Below, in pieces: positions 27,241-37,220 of a stretch of DNA of 64,000 nt. Position numbers and translations under genes: made by a program. The stretch spans positions 141,586 to 205,585 of the forward strand of contig NZ_DIBV01000004.1 of the NCBI RefSeq assembly GCF_002415085.1. Direction: 5' to 3'. The notes under the pieces are model-generated. The model had not been told where the DNA came from. It was given only the letters and a program-made list of their open reading frames with translations, and did no database searches. This stretch comes from Arsukibacterium sp. UBA5043 (lineage in GTDB: Bacteria; Pseudomonadota; Gammaproteobacteria; Enterobacterales; Alteromonadaceae). Numbering within the stretch: position 1 is the stretch's first letter; each line of letters starts with the position of its first letter.

Positions 27241-28542
27241 TTAGAAATAGTAGCCAATATTAATATTGAAACGGCGCTCGGTTTCGCTGCTATCGCCACT
27301 GGCACTGCCACCGACAAAAGGTTGATTTTTGGCATGCACCAAATCGAAATAGGTAAACAAACCGCCCGCTGCAACAGAGAAGCCGGTAATATTCATCATC
27401 GTGTCGCGACTGCCATCTGATTTGTCATAGACCAGGCCGTAATTGTTGTAAAATTGTAAGCCGGTTACCGGGCCCCATTCAACCGGCATGCTGTAAGCCA
27501 GATTTACCGTCGCCGAAGTGGCTTCTGCAGCAATAGAGTCATAGAAGGCATAGGCACCAACAGCCATCCGGTCGACACCATCAATATCGTACTGATATTG
27601 AGTATATTGCAGTTGCAGATTCCAGTTGTTGTAGTAGCTATTGCTGTGCACAGCCCAGGCGTTGTAATCCCCCGCCCGCGACTGGCCATTATGCAGGCCA
27701 CCTGCCAGCGCTGAAACGCCAAGCTCCGTTTTCAAGTCACCATGACTAACGTGATAGCCAAAGCGGCCGCTTAAAGTATTGTACTCACCCAGAGGCTGGG
27801 CTGGATCATCATAGATACCGTCACCGGGCAGGCGGGCACCAACAATATCGTAGGAATAACGGTCGGCCCTGCTGCCGACATAACCATCCACCCCACCTAA
27901 TTCATCATTTTTGAAGAAACCCAGATCCAGTTGCCAGTTATCACTAAGCTGGCGCTTAAATAAAATGCCTAAATCGTGATCATCTTCCAGCCCGATATAA
28001 TAATTGGTACTGAAAAACCAATTGTGAGAGTTATAGGGCCAGTTGCCAAACGGAACCTGAGTAATACCCGCTTGCACCTGCCAGTCGTCAGTAAGCTGAT
28101 AGCCTACGTAGGCGTATTTAACCGCAGTCATATAATCAAAAAAGCGGATTTCGGCGTTAAGTAACACATCTCCGATGCTGCCATTTAAATTCAGCCGGAA
28201 AATATCCAGCGCAAAATCGCCACCACGGTCTTTGTTGCCTTCACTGTACGAGGTGTGGCTATAATTTGTGCGGATAGCTCCGCCAAGCTTAATGCCGTCT
28301 TCATCAATATTTTCGGCCAGTTCTGCTTTGGCAACGTTAGTAAGTTCGGCCTGTTGCTCGCTAAGCGCAGTTTGCTCCAGCTCCTGTTCTTCCAGGCGCG
28401 CTTCCAGCGCTGCAATTTGCGCCTTTAACAGAGTAAGTTGCTGCTTTATTTCATCTGTCTCGGCAGGAGTAGCGGCAAACGAAGCTGGTGACACTAGACA
28501 ACCAGCGGCAGCGATCAGGGCGATTCTGCAGTGGGTTTTCAT
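27241..28542 (-). CDS. outer-membrane porin with N-terminal coiled coil
   Basis: Signal peptide, heptad region (IKQQLTLLKAQIAALEARLEEQELEQ), alternating beta-strand pattern, C-terminal ...NINIGYYF. Confidence 0.65.
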   Translation of the reverse strand: MKTHCRIALIAAAGCLVSPASFAATPAETDEIKQQLTLLKAQIAALEARLEEQELEQTALSEQQAELTNVAKAELAENIDEDGIKLGGAIRTNYSHTSYSEGNKDRGGDFALDIFRLNLNGSIGDVLLNAEIRFFDYMTAVKYAYVGYQLTDDWQVQAGITQVPFGNWPYNSHNWFFSTNYYIGLEDDHDLGILFKRQLSDNWQLDLGFFKNDELGGVDGYVGSRADRYSYDIVGARLPGDGIYDDPAQPLGEYNTLSGRFGYHVSHGDLKTELGVSALAGGLHNGQSRAGDYNAWAVHSNSYYNNWNLQLQYTQYQYDIDGVDRMAVGAYAFYDSIAAEATSATVNLAYSMPVEWGPVTGLQFYNNYGLVYDKSDGSRDTMMNITGFSVAAGGLFTYFDLVHAKNQPFVGGSASGDSSETERRFNINIGYYF

Positions 28543-28686
28543 AAGCGGACCTTATATTAGCGGAATAATTGATAACGCAGAGGCTACAAGGATAGTCTAA
28601 TTAGGAAGTTATACCAAACCAGTCCCCACCGAATTGAATGCCCCGGCTGGGGAATAGCCAGCGATGGTGAAGAGTAATGGCTGCAG

Positions 28687-29571
28687 TTAAAAGATATCAG
28701 CAGATAAATAGCGATCGCCCCGGTCGCAGATTATCGCCACGATAACCGCATTGCTATTTTGCTCAGCCAGCTGAATCGCGGCATGCACTGCACCGCCAGA
28801 ACTGACCCCGGCAAAAATACCTTCCTCTTTTGCTAAGCGGCGCATGGCGTTTAGCGCATCATCCTGGCTGATATCAATAATCAGATCGACCCGGCTTTTA
28901 TCAAAAAAGCCGGGCAGATAAGCCTCGGGCCAGCGCCGGATCCCCGGGATACTGGCGCCCTCGGCCGGTTGCAGACCGATAATCTGAATAGCCGGGTTTT
29001 GCGCTTTCAAATAACGAGACACCCCCATAATGGTTCCGGTAGTGCCCATACTGCTGACAAAATGAGTGACTTGCTGCTGGCTTTGCTGCCAGATTTCGGG
29101 CCCGGTGCTGGCGTAGTGAGCCGCCGGGTTGTCGGGGTTATTAAACTGATCCAGCACAATACCTTTACCCTGCGCTTGCATCTGCAGCGCTAAATCGCGG
29201 GCACCTTCCATGCCTTGCTCTTTGCTGACTAAAATCAGTTCTGCGCCGTAGGCGCGCATCGAGCTTTTGCGCTCTTCGGTGGCGTTATCCGGCATTATCA
29301 GGGTCATGGCATAGCCTTTAATTGCCGCTGCCATCGCCAGGGCAATGCCGGTATTGCCACTGGTGGCTTCAATTATCCGGTCGCCAGGTTTGATGTCACC
29401 ACGTAATTCGGCCTGGACAATCATGTTCAGTGCTGGCCGGTCTTTCACCGAGCCCGCCGGGTTATCGCCCTCCAGTTTTAATAATACCGTGCTGTTAGTA
29501 TGGGCTGCCATCCGCTGCAGCTTTACCAGCCGGGTATTACCGACTTCATGCTCGATGGTAGGAAATGTCAT
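28687..29571 (-). CDS. cysM: cysteine synthase B
   Basis: PLP Lys context NPAGSVKDRPA, GNTGIALA, MGTTGTIMG; start at MTFPTIE. Confidence 0.8.
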   Translation of the reverse strand: MTFPTIEHEVGNTRLVKLQRMAAHTNSTVLLKLEGDNPAGSVKDRPALNMIVQAELRGDIKPGDRIIEATSGNTGIALAMAAAIKGYAMTLIMPDNATEERKSSMRAYGAELILVSKEQGMEGARDLALQMQAQGKGIVLDQFNNPDNPAAHYASTGPEIWQQSQQQVTHFVSSMGTTGTIMGVSRYLKAQNPAIQIIGLQPAEGASIPGIRRWPEAYLPGFFDKSRVDLIIDISQDDALNAMRRLAKEEGIFAGVSSGGAVHAAIQLAEQNSNAVIVAIICDRGDRYLSADIF

Positions 29572-29633
29572 ACTAAAACCGCCGGTGAATGAACAACACA
29601 ATGCTGCCAGTTTAGCGCAAAGCCAGAGAGCTG

Positions 29634-30380
29634 TTAATGGCTAAGCCTTAGCAGATTGTCGCAAATAACCGCTGCCGCTATGCCAACATTCAGCGATTCT
29701 GCGCCGCCAAAGGCCGGAATAGTAATTTTGCGACTGATATATTGGCTTACTTGATTGCTGATACCATTAGCTTCATTGCCAAGCACAATATAGCCACCGG
29801 CCTGGTTAAGCTTAAGCTGATGGACATTTTCCCCGCCCAGGTAAGCACCGTATACCGGCATGTTGGTGCGGGCTAATGTCTCAGCCAGCGGCTGGTAATG
29901 TAATTGCACCCGCAGGAATGAGCCTTTGGCGGCGGCCACTACTTTGGGATTAAAGCAATCGGCTGTGTCAGGTGAGCTTATAATGTGTTTGATGCCGTAC
30001 CAGTCGGCGATGCGGATAATCGTACCCAGATTACCCGGATCGTTAATATTATCCAGCACCAGGGTCCAGCTGGCGGTGCCAGCACTGAACTCTGGCCATT
30101 GTGGTATTTCTACCACCGCCAGTGCAGCGTCGTTGCTAATGAAGGTGCCCACTTTAACCAGCTCGTCGCTGTTGCATGGTTGCAGTAACGCAGCGGCTTT
30201 CACCGCCTGAGCATGTTGCTGAATAAAAACATCGGTGGCAAATAACGCCGGCACTGTCCAGCCCGAAGCCAGCACTTCCAGCACCGCTTTTTCACCTTCA
30301 ACAAAAAACAGCTGCTCGGCTTTGCGGTACTTTTTCTGATGCAGCGATTTAATCAGTTTGGCCCATTTGTTACTTATCAT
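29634..30380 (-). CDS. TrmH/SpoU-family RNA 2'-O-methyltransferase
   Basis: SpoU motifs GNLGTIIR, LGNEANGIS, IPAFGGAESLNVGIAAAV. Confidence 0.75.
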   Translation of the reverse strand: MISNKWAKLIKSLHQKKYRKAEQLFFVEGEKAVLEVLASGWTVPALFATDVFIQQHAQAVKAAALLQPCNSDELVKVGTFISNDAALAVVEIPQWPEFSAGTASWTLVLDNINDPGNLGTIIRIADWYGIKHIISSPDTADCFNPKVVAAAKGSFLRVQLHYQPLAETLARTNMPVYGAYLGGENVHQLKLNQAGGYIVLGNEANGISNQVSQYISRKITIPAFGGAESLNVGIAAAVICDNLLRLSH

Positions 30381-30584
30381 ATTTGCAGCTTGTATCGGCC
30401 TAAATTACGGCTATTTTACCCAGACTTTACCGTGCTGTCTGATTTTATCGGCAATAAATTGCACTATCTGGCCTTGCGAATAGAATGGAGAGTCTCCAGA
30501 TAAGTGTGAGTAGTATGCAACCATTTGACGCGGGTAGGGTCTGTAAAGTGAGTCCCGATCCAGAGTCATTATCAGGAGTAGTCT

Positions 30585-30968
30585 ATGCAAATTCAAATTA
30601 ACAGTGATCGTAATATCCAGGCCGATGAGCGGCTGGCCGAGTTTGTGCGCGAAACATTGCAAAATAAATTAAGCCGTTTTGCTGATCATGTCACCCGGAT
30701 TGAAGTGCATTTAAGTGATGAAAACGGCAATACCAAGCATGACGGCAATGATAAACGCTGCCTGCTGGAGGCGCGCCCGGAAGGAATGGAGCCCGTTGCC
30801 ATTACTGAGCACGCCGCCACTGTTGGCCAGGCCGTATCCGGTGCCGCCGACAAAATGCAGCGCAAATTAAGTTCGGCCATTGGTAAACTGCGCGACAAAC
30901 ATAGCCGTGCCGCGAGCCCTGATTTTTCCGAGCCAGAGCCTGACGTTATCGAACCTGAACAGGCATAA
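30585..30968 (+). CDS. HPF/RaiA-family ribosome-associated protein (short stand-alone type)
   Basis: MQIQINSDRNI...RFADHVTRIEVHLSDENG...KRCLLEARPEG pattern of the short HPF/RaiA family; AGGAG upstream. Confidence 0.6.
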   Translation: MQIQINSDRNIQADERLAEFVRETLQNKLSRFADHVTRIEVHLSDENGNTKHDGNDKRCLLEARPEGMEPVAITEHAATVGQAVSGAADKMQRKLSSAIGKLRDKHSRAASPDFSEPEPDVIEPEQA

Positions 30969-30983
30969 ACAGGCTGACGACAA

Positions 30984-31018
30984 ATAAAAAAATGGCGCTC
31001 AAAGCGCCGTTTTTTTTA
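30984..31018. terminator. bidirectional rho-independent terminator
   Basis: A7-TGGCGC-TCAAA-GCGCCG-T8 between convergent genes. Confidence 0.8.
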
Positions 31019-31042
31019 TGAGCTGTTGCTACTGAGCTGTAG

Positions 31043-32707
31043 TTACTGAGAGGCGCGATTAAACTTCTGCTGGCCATGTACCCAGGTTTGTTCCGGTAGT
31101 ACCTGCCATAACTGGCTGGGGTCGATATTAAAAATATCCTGATCAACCAGAATAAAGTCGGCCCAGCTGCCCGGTGCTAAGGTCCCCAGAGTATCTTCCT
31201 GAAAGGCACCATAGGCGGCATCGACGGTAAAAGAACGCAGCGCCTCGGTCAGGGTTAAGCGTTGCTCTGGCAGCCAGCCACCTGGCGGCTGGTTTTGCTG
31301 ATCCTGACGGGTAACCGATGCATGCAGGCCATGAAACGGATTCGCCAGCTCTACCGGAAAGTCTGAGCCGCCAACAATAATGCTGCCCTGATCAATAAAG
31401 CTGCGCCAGGCATAGGCGCCCCGTAAACGGGCCACGCCCAGCCGATCGCCAGCCATATTTTTGTCTGACGTGGCGTGTACCGCCTGCATAGAAGGCAACA
31501 CATGCAAGGTTTTAAAGCGCGGAATATCCTTAGGCGCGACGATCTGGGCGTGTTCTATGCGGTGACGACCGGCCAGACGTTGCTCAGCTGTGGCCAGTTG
31601 TTCAAACCGATCCAATGCCAGCCGGTTAGCCCGATCACCAATGGCATGCACATTGGCCTGAAAGCCGGCATCCATCGTAAGCTGCATAATCTGGGTTAAT
31701 GCATCAGGCTGGGTAACCAGTAAGCCGGTCTGGCCCGGTTGGTCGCTGTAATCGGCCAGCAGAGCAGCACCACGACTGCCCAGCGCGCCATCGCCGTAAA
31801 TTTTCACCGAGCGGATATCCAGATAGTCTTGCGGATCATCAACAATACCCTGCTCCAGCCAGCGGCCAAGCTCCGGATCTTTGGCCGATAACATGGCATA
31901 TAAACGCAGTGGTAACTGATGGGTTTCGGCCAGTTGCTGGTATATATCGGCCAGTTCGGAATCTACCCCGGCATCATGCACGCTGGTAATACCCAGTGCT
32001 AATAAGTGATTAAAGGCCAGCTGCAGGGCGGCGGTTTTGTCATCACTGGTTGGCGCCGGAATTTTTTGCTGCACCAGTTGCATGGCGTTATCAATTAACA
32101 CGCCGGTCGGGTTGCCGTTGCCATCACGAATAATCTCGCCGCCTGGCGGGTCCAGGGTATCTTTGCTGATACCGGCTGCCGCCAGCGCTTTACTGTTGGC
32201 CCAGCCAGCATGGGCATCTATCCGTACCAGCCATACCGGCCGATCGCTAACCGCTTCATCCAGCAAACTTTTATCCGGAAAGGCTTTATCGTCCCACAGT
32301 ACCTGGTTCCAGCCGCGACCAATAACCCAGGGCGCCTGCGGCTGACTGGCGGCAAAGCGGGCGACTTCCGCCACTGTAGCCTGTTCGCTGCCAATGCCAC
32401 GCAAATCGGCCTGATTCAGGTATTCTCCCAAACCCAGGACATGGCCATGGCCATCAATTAAGCCGGGTAACACGGTCCTGCCTGCACCATCAATTCTCCG
32501 GGCTTTGGCGTACTCCTGTGCTACTGCTGTATCGCCTCTGGCCAGTACTTTGCCGCTGGCAGTGTCAAATGCTAATGCACTAAAAGACACCAGTTCACGG
32601 TCTGCATTAAAGCCGTATCCTGTCACATTGTGGATCAGCACCGGTTCAGCTGAGGCTGTGCCACAGGCCAGCAGAGAGGCGAGCAGAAAAAGTTTGCTGT
32701 GTTTCAT
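31043..32707 (-). CDS. secreted amidohydrolase-family metal-dependent hydrolase (YtcJ-like)
   Basis: Signal/lipobox LLACG; PGLIDGHGHV metal motif, HAIGD, later HATSD and GSDFP. Confidence 0.7.
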   Translation of the reverse strand: MKHSKLFLLASLLACGTASAEPVLIHNVTGYGFNADRELVSFSALAFDTASGKVLARGDTAVAQEYAKARRIDGAGRTVLPGLIDGHGHVLGLGEYLNQADLRGIGSEQATVAEVARFAASQPQAPWVIGRGWNQVLWDDKAFPDKSLLDEAVSDRPVWLVRIDAHAGWANSKALAAAGISKDTLDPPGGEIIRDGNGNPTGVLIDNAMQLVQQKIPAPTSDDKTAALQLAFNHLLALGITSVHDAGVDSELADIYQQLAETHQLPLRLYAMLSAKDPELGRWLEQGIVDDPQDYLDIRSVKIYGDGALGSRGAALLADYSDQPGQTGLLVTQPDALTQIMQLTMDAGFQANVHAIGDRANRLALDRFEQLATAEQRLAGRHRIEHAQIVAPKDIPRFKTLHVLPSMQAVHATSDKNMAGDRLGVARLRGAYAWRSFIDQGSIIVGGSDFPVELANPFHGLHASVTRQDQQNQPPGGWLPEQRLTLTEALRSFTVDAAYGAFQEDTLGTLAPGSWADFILVDQDIFNIDPSQLWQVLPEQTWVHGQQKFNRASQ

Positions 32708-32857
32708 CGATACCCTTTTTTGTTGTCAATAAGCTGAGGCTGACTATAGCAGTAATATCAGCGGCTTGACATCAGGCGCGGCTGTTGTGCTGCTGCCTGC
32801 GACCAAAAGCAGCAGCGCCGATTCAGACAAGGATATTGGTTAGGGTTATTGCTAACG

Positions 32858-34228
32858 TTACCCGTTGTCAGTAAGTTTGGCCGGGTTTAGCAGTTCTTGC
32901 AGTTTCTCCTTACTTAAATCGGTGTGCTCCAACGCTACGTCAAGTACAGGGCGCTGCTCTTTGTAGGCTTTCTTGGCAATTTCGGCGGCTTTTTCATAGC
33001 CAATTACCGGGTTTAATGCCGTGACCAAAATTGGATTTTTATCCAGCGATTTTGCAATGTTGCCCTCGTTCACTTTAAATTCGCTAATGGCTTTATCGGC
33101 CAGCTCGGTGCAGCCATTGCTTAGTAACTCGATACTTTGCAGCAGGTTATAACCAATTACCGGCAGCATCACATTCAATTCAAAATTACCTGACTGGCCT
33201 GCTACCGTAATGGTAGTGTCGTTACCTATTACCTGAGCGCTTAACATGGCGACGGCTTCCGGAATAACCGGGTTTACTTTGCCCGGCATAATGGATGAAC
33301 CAGGTTGCAGTGCGGCCAGTTCTATTTCGGCCAGGCCGGCCAGGGGGCCAGAATTCATCCAGCGCAGATCATTGCTGATTTTCAGCAATGCCACGGCCAG
33401 AGTTTTCAAGGCGCCGGAGCAGGCAACGGCTAAATCCTGCGAACTGATATTAAAAAAGAAGTTGTCGCTGGGGCTAAGTGCAAGGCCTGTATCTTTGCTC
33501 AGTTCAGCGGCGAAGCCTGTTGCAAAGTCGGGATGGGTATTTACCCCGGTACCCACGGCAGTGCCACCTTGCCCGAGTTTTTGCAAACGGGGTAATTGTT
33601 GCTGCAATAATTGCTCAGCGTGGGCCAGCTGGCTTTGCCAGCCACCGAGAACCTGTTCGAACTTTACCGGCATTGCATCCATTAAATGGGTGCGGCCGGT
33701 CTTAACAATATGACCAATCTGCTGACTTTTCAGCACCAGCGCGGCCTGAATATGGCGCAGGGCCGGAACAAGCTGGTTCTGAATGGCCAGGGCACTGCTT
33801 AACTGAATGGCCGTGGGGATAACATCGTTACTGCTTTGACCGGCATTTACATGGTCATTGGGATGGACCTGTTGGCCCAGCTTGCTGCTGGCCAGAGTGG
33901 CCAGCACTTCATTCACATTCATGTTGGTGCTGGTACCGGATCCGGTCTGAAACACATCAACCGGGTAATGTTCCATCTCAGTGCGGGCAAGTTGTTGCTC
34001 AGCAGCATAAATAATAGCGCCGGCAATGGCCGGTTCCAGCACACCCAGTTCACTGTTGGTTGTGGCTGCCGCTTTCTTAATATGTAAGATCGCCTGAATA
34101 AAGGCCCGCGGCAGGGTAAGCGGGCTTAGCTTAAAATTGTTGATGGCGCGCTGCGTCTGGGCCTGATACAGCGCGTTGGCGGGCACTTGCAGTTCGCCCA
34201 TGCTGTCATGTTCAATCCGGGTGGCCAT
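32858..34228 (-). CDS. fumC: class II fumarate hydratase (fumarase/aspartase superfamily)
   Basis: GSSIMPGKVNP signature; N-terminus DSMGELQVPANALYQAQTQRA resembles FumC more than AspA; start at MATRIEH with AGGAG upstream. Confidence 0.7.
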   Translation of the reverse strand: MATRIEHDSMGELQVPANALYQAQTQRAINNFKLSPLTLPRAFIQAILHIKKAAATTNSELGVLEPAIAGAIIYAAEQQLARTEMEHYPVDVFQTGSGTSTNMNVNEVLATLASSKLGQQVHPNDHVNAGQSSNDVIPTAIQLSSALAIQNQLVPALRHIQAALVLKSQQIGHIVKTGRTHLMDAMPVKFEQVLGGWQSQLAHAEQLLQQQLPRLQKLGQGGTAVGTGVNTHPDFATGFAAELSKDTGLALSPSDNFFFNISSQDLAVACSGALKTLAVALLKISNDLRWMNSGPLAGLAEIELAALQPGSSIMPGKVNPVIPEAVAMLSAQVIGNDTTITVAGQSGNFELNVMLPVIGYNLLQSIELLSNGCTELADKAISEFKVNEGNIAKSLDKNPILVTALNPVIGYEKAAEIAKKAYKEQRPVLDVALEHTDLSKEKLQELLNPAKLTDNG

Positions 34229-34367
34229 GGCGGGCTCCTTTTCCTTGTCAATGTAAGGGCTGAACCTATAGCATGGGATCCTTTTCACGACATCTCAAGG
34301 CCCGCCACCTTAAGATGTCGCTGACGATGCTTAGTACTTATTAAGAACTCAATGAGAACTCAGTAAG

Positions 34368-35900
34368 TTACTTCGCCGGGGCTTGTGCAGGGTACTTAGC
34401 TGGCTCGCCGGTTTCGGGCAGCGCATTTAAGATAAATTCACGCAAATCGTCATTCGATTTCTTTAAATCTTCTGCCCGTAAGTACATCATATGGCCGCTG
34501 CGATAGCCTTTAAAGCTCATCCGGTCCTTCATTTTGCCACTGGGATCTAACTGCCACATATTGTATTTGGCATCAAAATAGTTGGTGGCGCCATCATAGT
34601 AGCCTGATTGCGTCAGCACCTGCAGGTACGGGTTCTGAGCCATGGCCTGGCGCAGGTTTTCACCGGTATTGTCATTGCTTCTGTCCCACGGGTGAACCGG
34701 GCCGAACATATTATATTTAATATCGGTTTTGTAATTAAGCTCGGTACGCAGGTAGTCGTTAATCGCCGGGGTAAATGAATGCAACCACGATGTGAGTTCC
34801 GCCCAGTAATCCGGTTGTTCGCCCACATCATTTTTATCCAGACCCAGATAACGTGAGTCGAGCCGGCCGATGGTCTGGCCGCGGTCACGCAGTAATTCTT
34901 TCCAGTAATAACTGGTGCTGATATCCAGGTTGCTGCGCAGCACATTCTGGACACTGATCCCGGAATAACGACTCACCTGCTCGGCGATACGCTGTTTTTC
35001 CTCGTTGCTTATCATATTGCCTTTGGCCAGCGCAGGCAGATACTGATTAATGGTGAATGCTTCTACTTCAGGCAGAATGTCGTACAGATCTTTTTGTTGT
35101 AAATCAGCGGCCAGCTTCTGGTGATACCAGGCGGTGGCAGCAAAATAAGGTAAGCGATTGGCTGCTTTAACCGGGCCATCGCGACTGATACCAATATCGG
35201 TTGGGGATACCAGTACCACGCCATTTAAGTACATCCACTGCTGGTTTTGCAGCGCCAGTGCCAGCCCGGACACCCGGGTGGTGCCATAGCTTTCACCAAT
35301 TAAAAACTTAGGGGAGTTCCAGCGCTCGTAACGGCTGACAAAGCTGTTAATCCACTCGGCAAGATAGGTGACGTCGACATTGGTGCCAAAAAACATTTTT
35401 TGTTGCTGATCTTTACTGGGCATTTTGCCATCTTTATCTGGCAGGACTCGTGAGTAGCCGGTATTAACCGGGTTAACGAACACAATATCGGCCACGTCCA
35501 GCACAGAATGCGGATTGGTTTTTACGCCGTAGGGCTGAGTAGGATAGCCCTCATCGTCAACATTCAGGGTTTTAGGGCCGGTGTAAGCCACATGCATCCA
35601 GACGGATGCTGAACCGGGGCCGCCGTTAAATGAAATCAGCAGCGGCCGCTTAGCGGTATTTTTAATATCAGTGCGCTGATAGTAGGTGTAAAACAAAGTA
35701 GCAGTGGGGTGACCTTCGCTGTCCCACACTGGCTGGGTGCCGGTATGCGCTTTATAGTTCACGCGCTTGCCATTGATTTCTGTGCGATGTTCGGTGGTAA
35801 CGACCGAGTCAGCTTCAATTTGAATTTGTTCCGCACTAAGCTGCCAGCTGGCAGTCAGCAGGGCGGCAATCAGGCCGCTAATTTTAATGAAACGCAGCAT
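34368..35900 (-). CDS. secreted S10-family serine carboxypeptidase
   Basis: Signal peptide; NGGPGSAS and catalytic-Ser GESYGT motifs. Confidence 0.7.
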   Translation of the reverse strand: MLRFIKISGLIAALLTASWQLSAEQIQIEADSVVTTEHRTEINGKRVNYKAHTGTQPVWDSEGHPTATLFYTYYQRTDIKNTAKRPLLISFNGGPGSASVWMHVAYTGPKTLNVDDEGYPTQPYGVKTNPHSVLDVADIVFVNPVNTGYSRVLPDKDGKMPSKDQQQKMFFGTNVDVTYLAEWINSFVSRYERWNSPKFLIGESYGTTRVSGLALALQNQQWMYLNGVVLVSPTDIGISRDGPVKAANRLPYFAATAWYHQKLAADLQQKDLYDILPEVEAFTINQYLPALAKGNMISNEEKQRIAEQVSRYSGISVQNVLRSNLDISTSYYWKELLRDRGQTIGRLDSRYLGLDKNDVGEQPDYWAELTSWLHSFTPAINDYLRTELNYKTDIKYNMFGPVHPWDRSNDNTGENLRQAMAQNPYLQVLTQSGYYDGATNYFDAKYNMWQLDPSGKMKDRMSFKGYRSGHMMYLRAEDLKKSNDDLREFILNALPETGEPAKYPAQAPAK

Positions 35901-36125
35901 AAAATACTCTCTTGTTTGTCATATCTGTGGCTAATGTAACTTATAAAGGCGCTGGTCGCGAAGCGTGATGCGACTGACAACCGTTTTACAAGATAATCTG
36001 GTGACAACCGAGATGAAAATACGAATACTTATTAATTGTATAGCTATGATTTTAAAAGTTATTTTGCTTAATTATGGCTGATGGCCTAAGCTAATAATCA
36101 TCTGACTGCTAATCGGAGCCAAACT

Positions 36126-36599
36126 ATGCAAGGCAACCCCAAAGTACTTAGTAAATTAAATGAAGTACTTACCTTTGAACTCACCTCAATTAATCAGTAT
36201 TTCCTGCATGCCCGCATCTACAAAAACTGGGGTCTGAAGGGACTTAATGACGTTTGCTATAAAAAATCAATTAAAGATATGAAGCAGGCCGATGAATTAA
36301 TTGAACGGATTTTGATGCTGGAGGGCTTACCGAATTTGCAGGCGTTGGGTAAATTACGGATCGGTGAAGACACCGAAGAAATGCTGCAATGCGACATGGA
36401 TTTTCAGCATGAACAGCTGCCATTGTTACGAGATGCCATCGCCCTTTGCGAGACCGAGCAAGACTATGTCAGTCGCGATATTCTGACAGATTTGCTCGAA
36501 TATGAAGAAGAACATCTGGATTGGCTGGAAACTCAGCAGCATCAAATTAGCGTAATGGGGCTGGCCAATTACCTGCAAGCCCAGGTTGGAGGCGAGTAA
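36126..36599 (+). CDS. bfr: bacterioferritin subunit, haem-ligand type
   Basis: Collinear with E. coli Bfr; Met52 present; ferroxidase positions E51->D, H54->Q, E94->Q. Confidence 0.85.
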   Translation: MQGNPKVLSKLNEVLTFELTSINQYFLHARIYKNWGLKGLNDVCYKKSIKDMKQADELIERILMLEGLPNLQALGKLRIGEDTEEMLQCDMDFQHEQLPLLRDAIALCETEQDYVSRDILTDLLEYEEEHLDWLETQQHQISVMGLANYLQAQVGGE

Positions 36600-36601
36600 T
36601 T

Positions 36602-37069
36602 ATGAAAGGTAATCAACAGGTCATCGACGGTTTAAACGAATTGTTAGCCAATGAACTTGCGGCGATGGATCAGTATTTTATACATTCGCGCATGTATCAT
36701 GACTGGGGTTTGCATAAGTTATATGAACGGATTGATCATGAATTTGATGATGAGAAAGGCCATGCGTCCAAACTGATCGAACGGATTATTTTTTTGGAAG
36801 GTACCCCCGATTTAAAGAATCGTGATGCCATTCATGTCGGCAAAGACGTACCGGCGATGCTGCAAAACGATTTAAATGTTGAATACACCGTTGCCAAACT
36901 GCTGAAAAAAACTATGGCACTGTGTGAAAAAGAACAGGATTATGTTAGCCGCGATATGTTGCAACAACTGCTGGACGATACAGAAAATGATCATGCCCAC
37001 TGGCTGGAGCAACAGCTGCGGCTGATCAAGCTGCTGGGTTTGCAAAATTACCTGCAATCGCAGATGTAG
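36602..37069 (+). CDS. bfr: bacterioferritin subunit, ferroxidase type
   Basis: E18, E51, H54, E94 and C-terminal E/H retained; position 52 is Lys (no haem Met); ATG 2 nt after the first bfr stop. Confidence 0.85.
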   Translation: MKGNQQVIDGLNELLANELAAMDQYFIHSRMYHDWGLHKLYERIDHEFDDEKGHASKLIERIIFLEGTPDLKNRDAIHVGKDVPAMLQNDLNVEYTVAKLLKKTMALCEKEQDYVSRDMLQQLLDDTENDHAHWLEQQLRLIKLLGLQNYLQSQM

Positions 37070-37090
37070 TGGCCGAGCCAGACTCATAAC

Positions 37091-37126
37091 AAAAAAACCG
37101 GTTACTGCTACCGGTTTTTTGTTTTT
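37091..37126 (+). terminator. rho-independent terminator
   Basis: A7-CCGGT-actgct-ACCGG-T6GT5. Confidence 0.8.
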
Positions 37127-37220
37127 CACACTCGCTTACACTTTTTACAGCCGCATCCTTTAGCTTGGCTTGTGGCTTTATGTTAATTTCTTGTCGCAAT
37201 TGTTTAATGAGTATCTACCC

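Noticed and set aside
33246-33713. 155-aa plus-strand ORF
   Set aside because: Antisense shadow within fumC.
36040-36125. Fur box upstream of the bfr pair (GCTAATAATCATCTGA)
   Set aside because: Only a partial match (AATAATCAT) in generally AT-rich promoter DNA, and bfr is usually controlled indirectly. Too weak to report as a feature.
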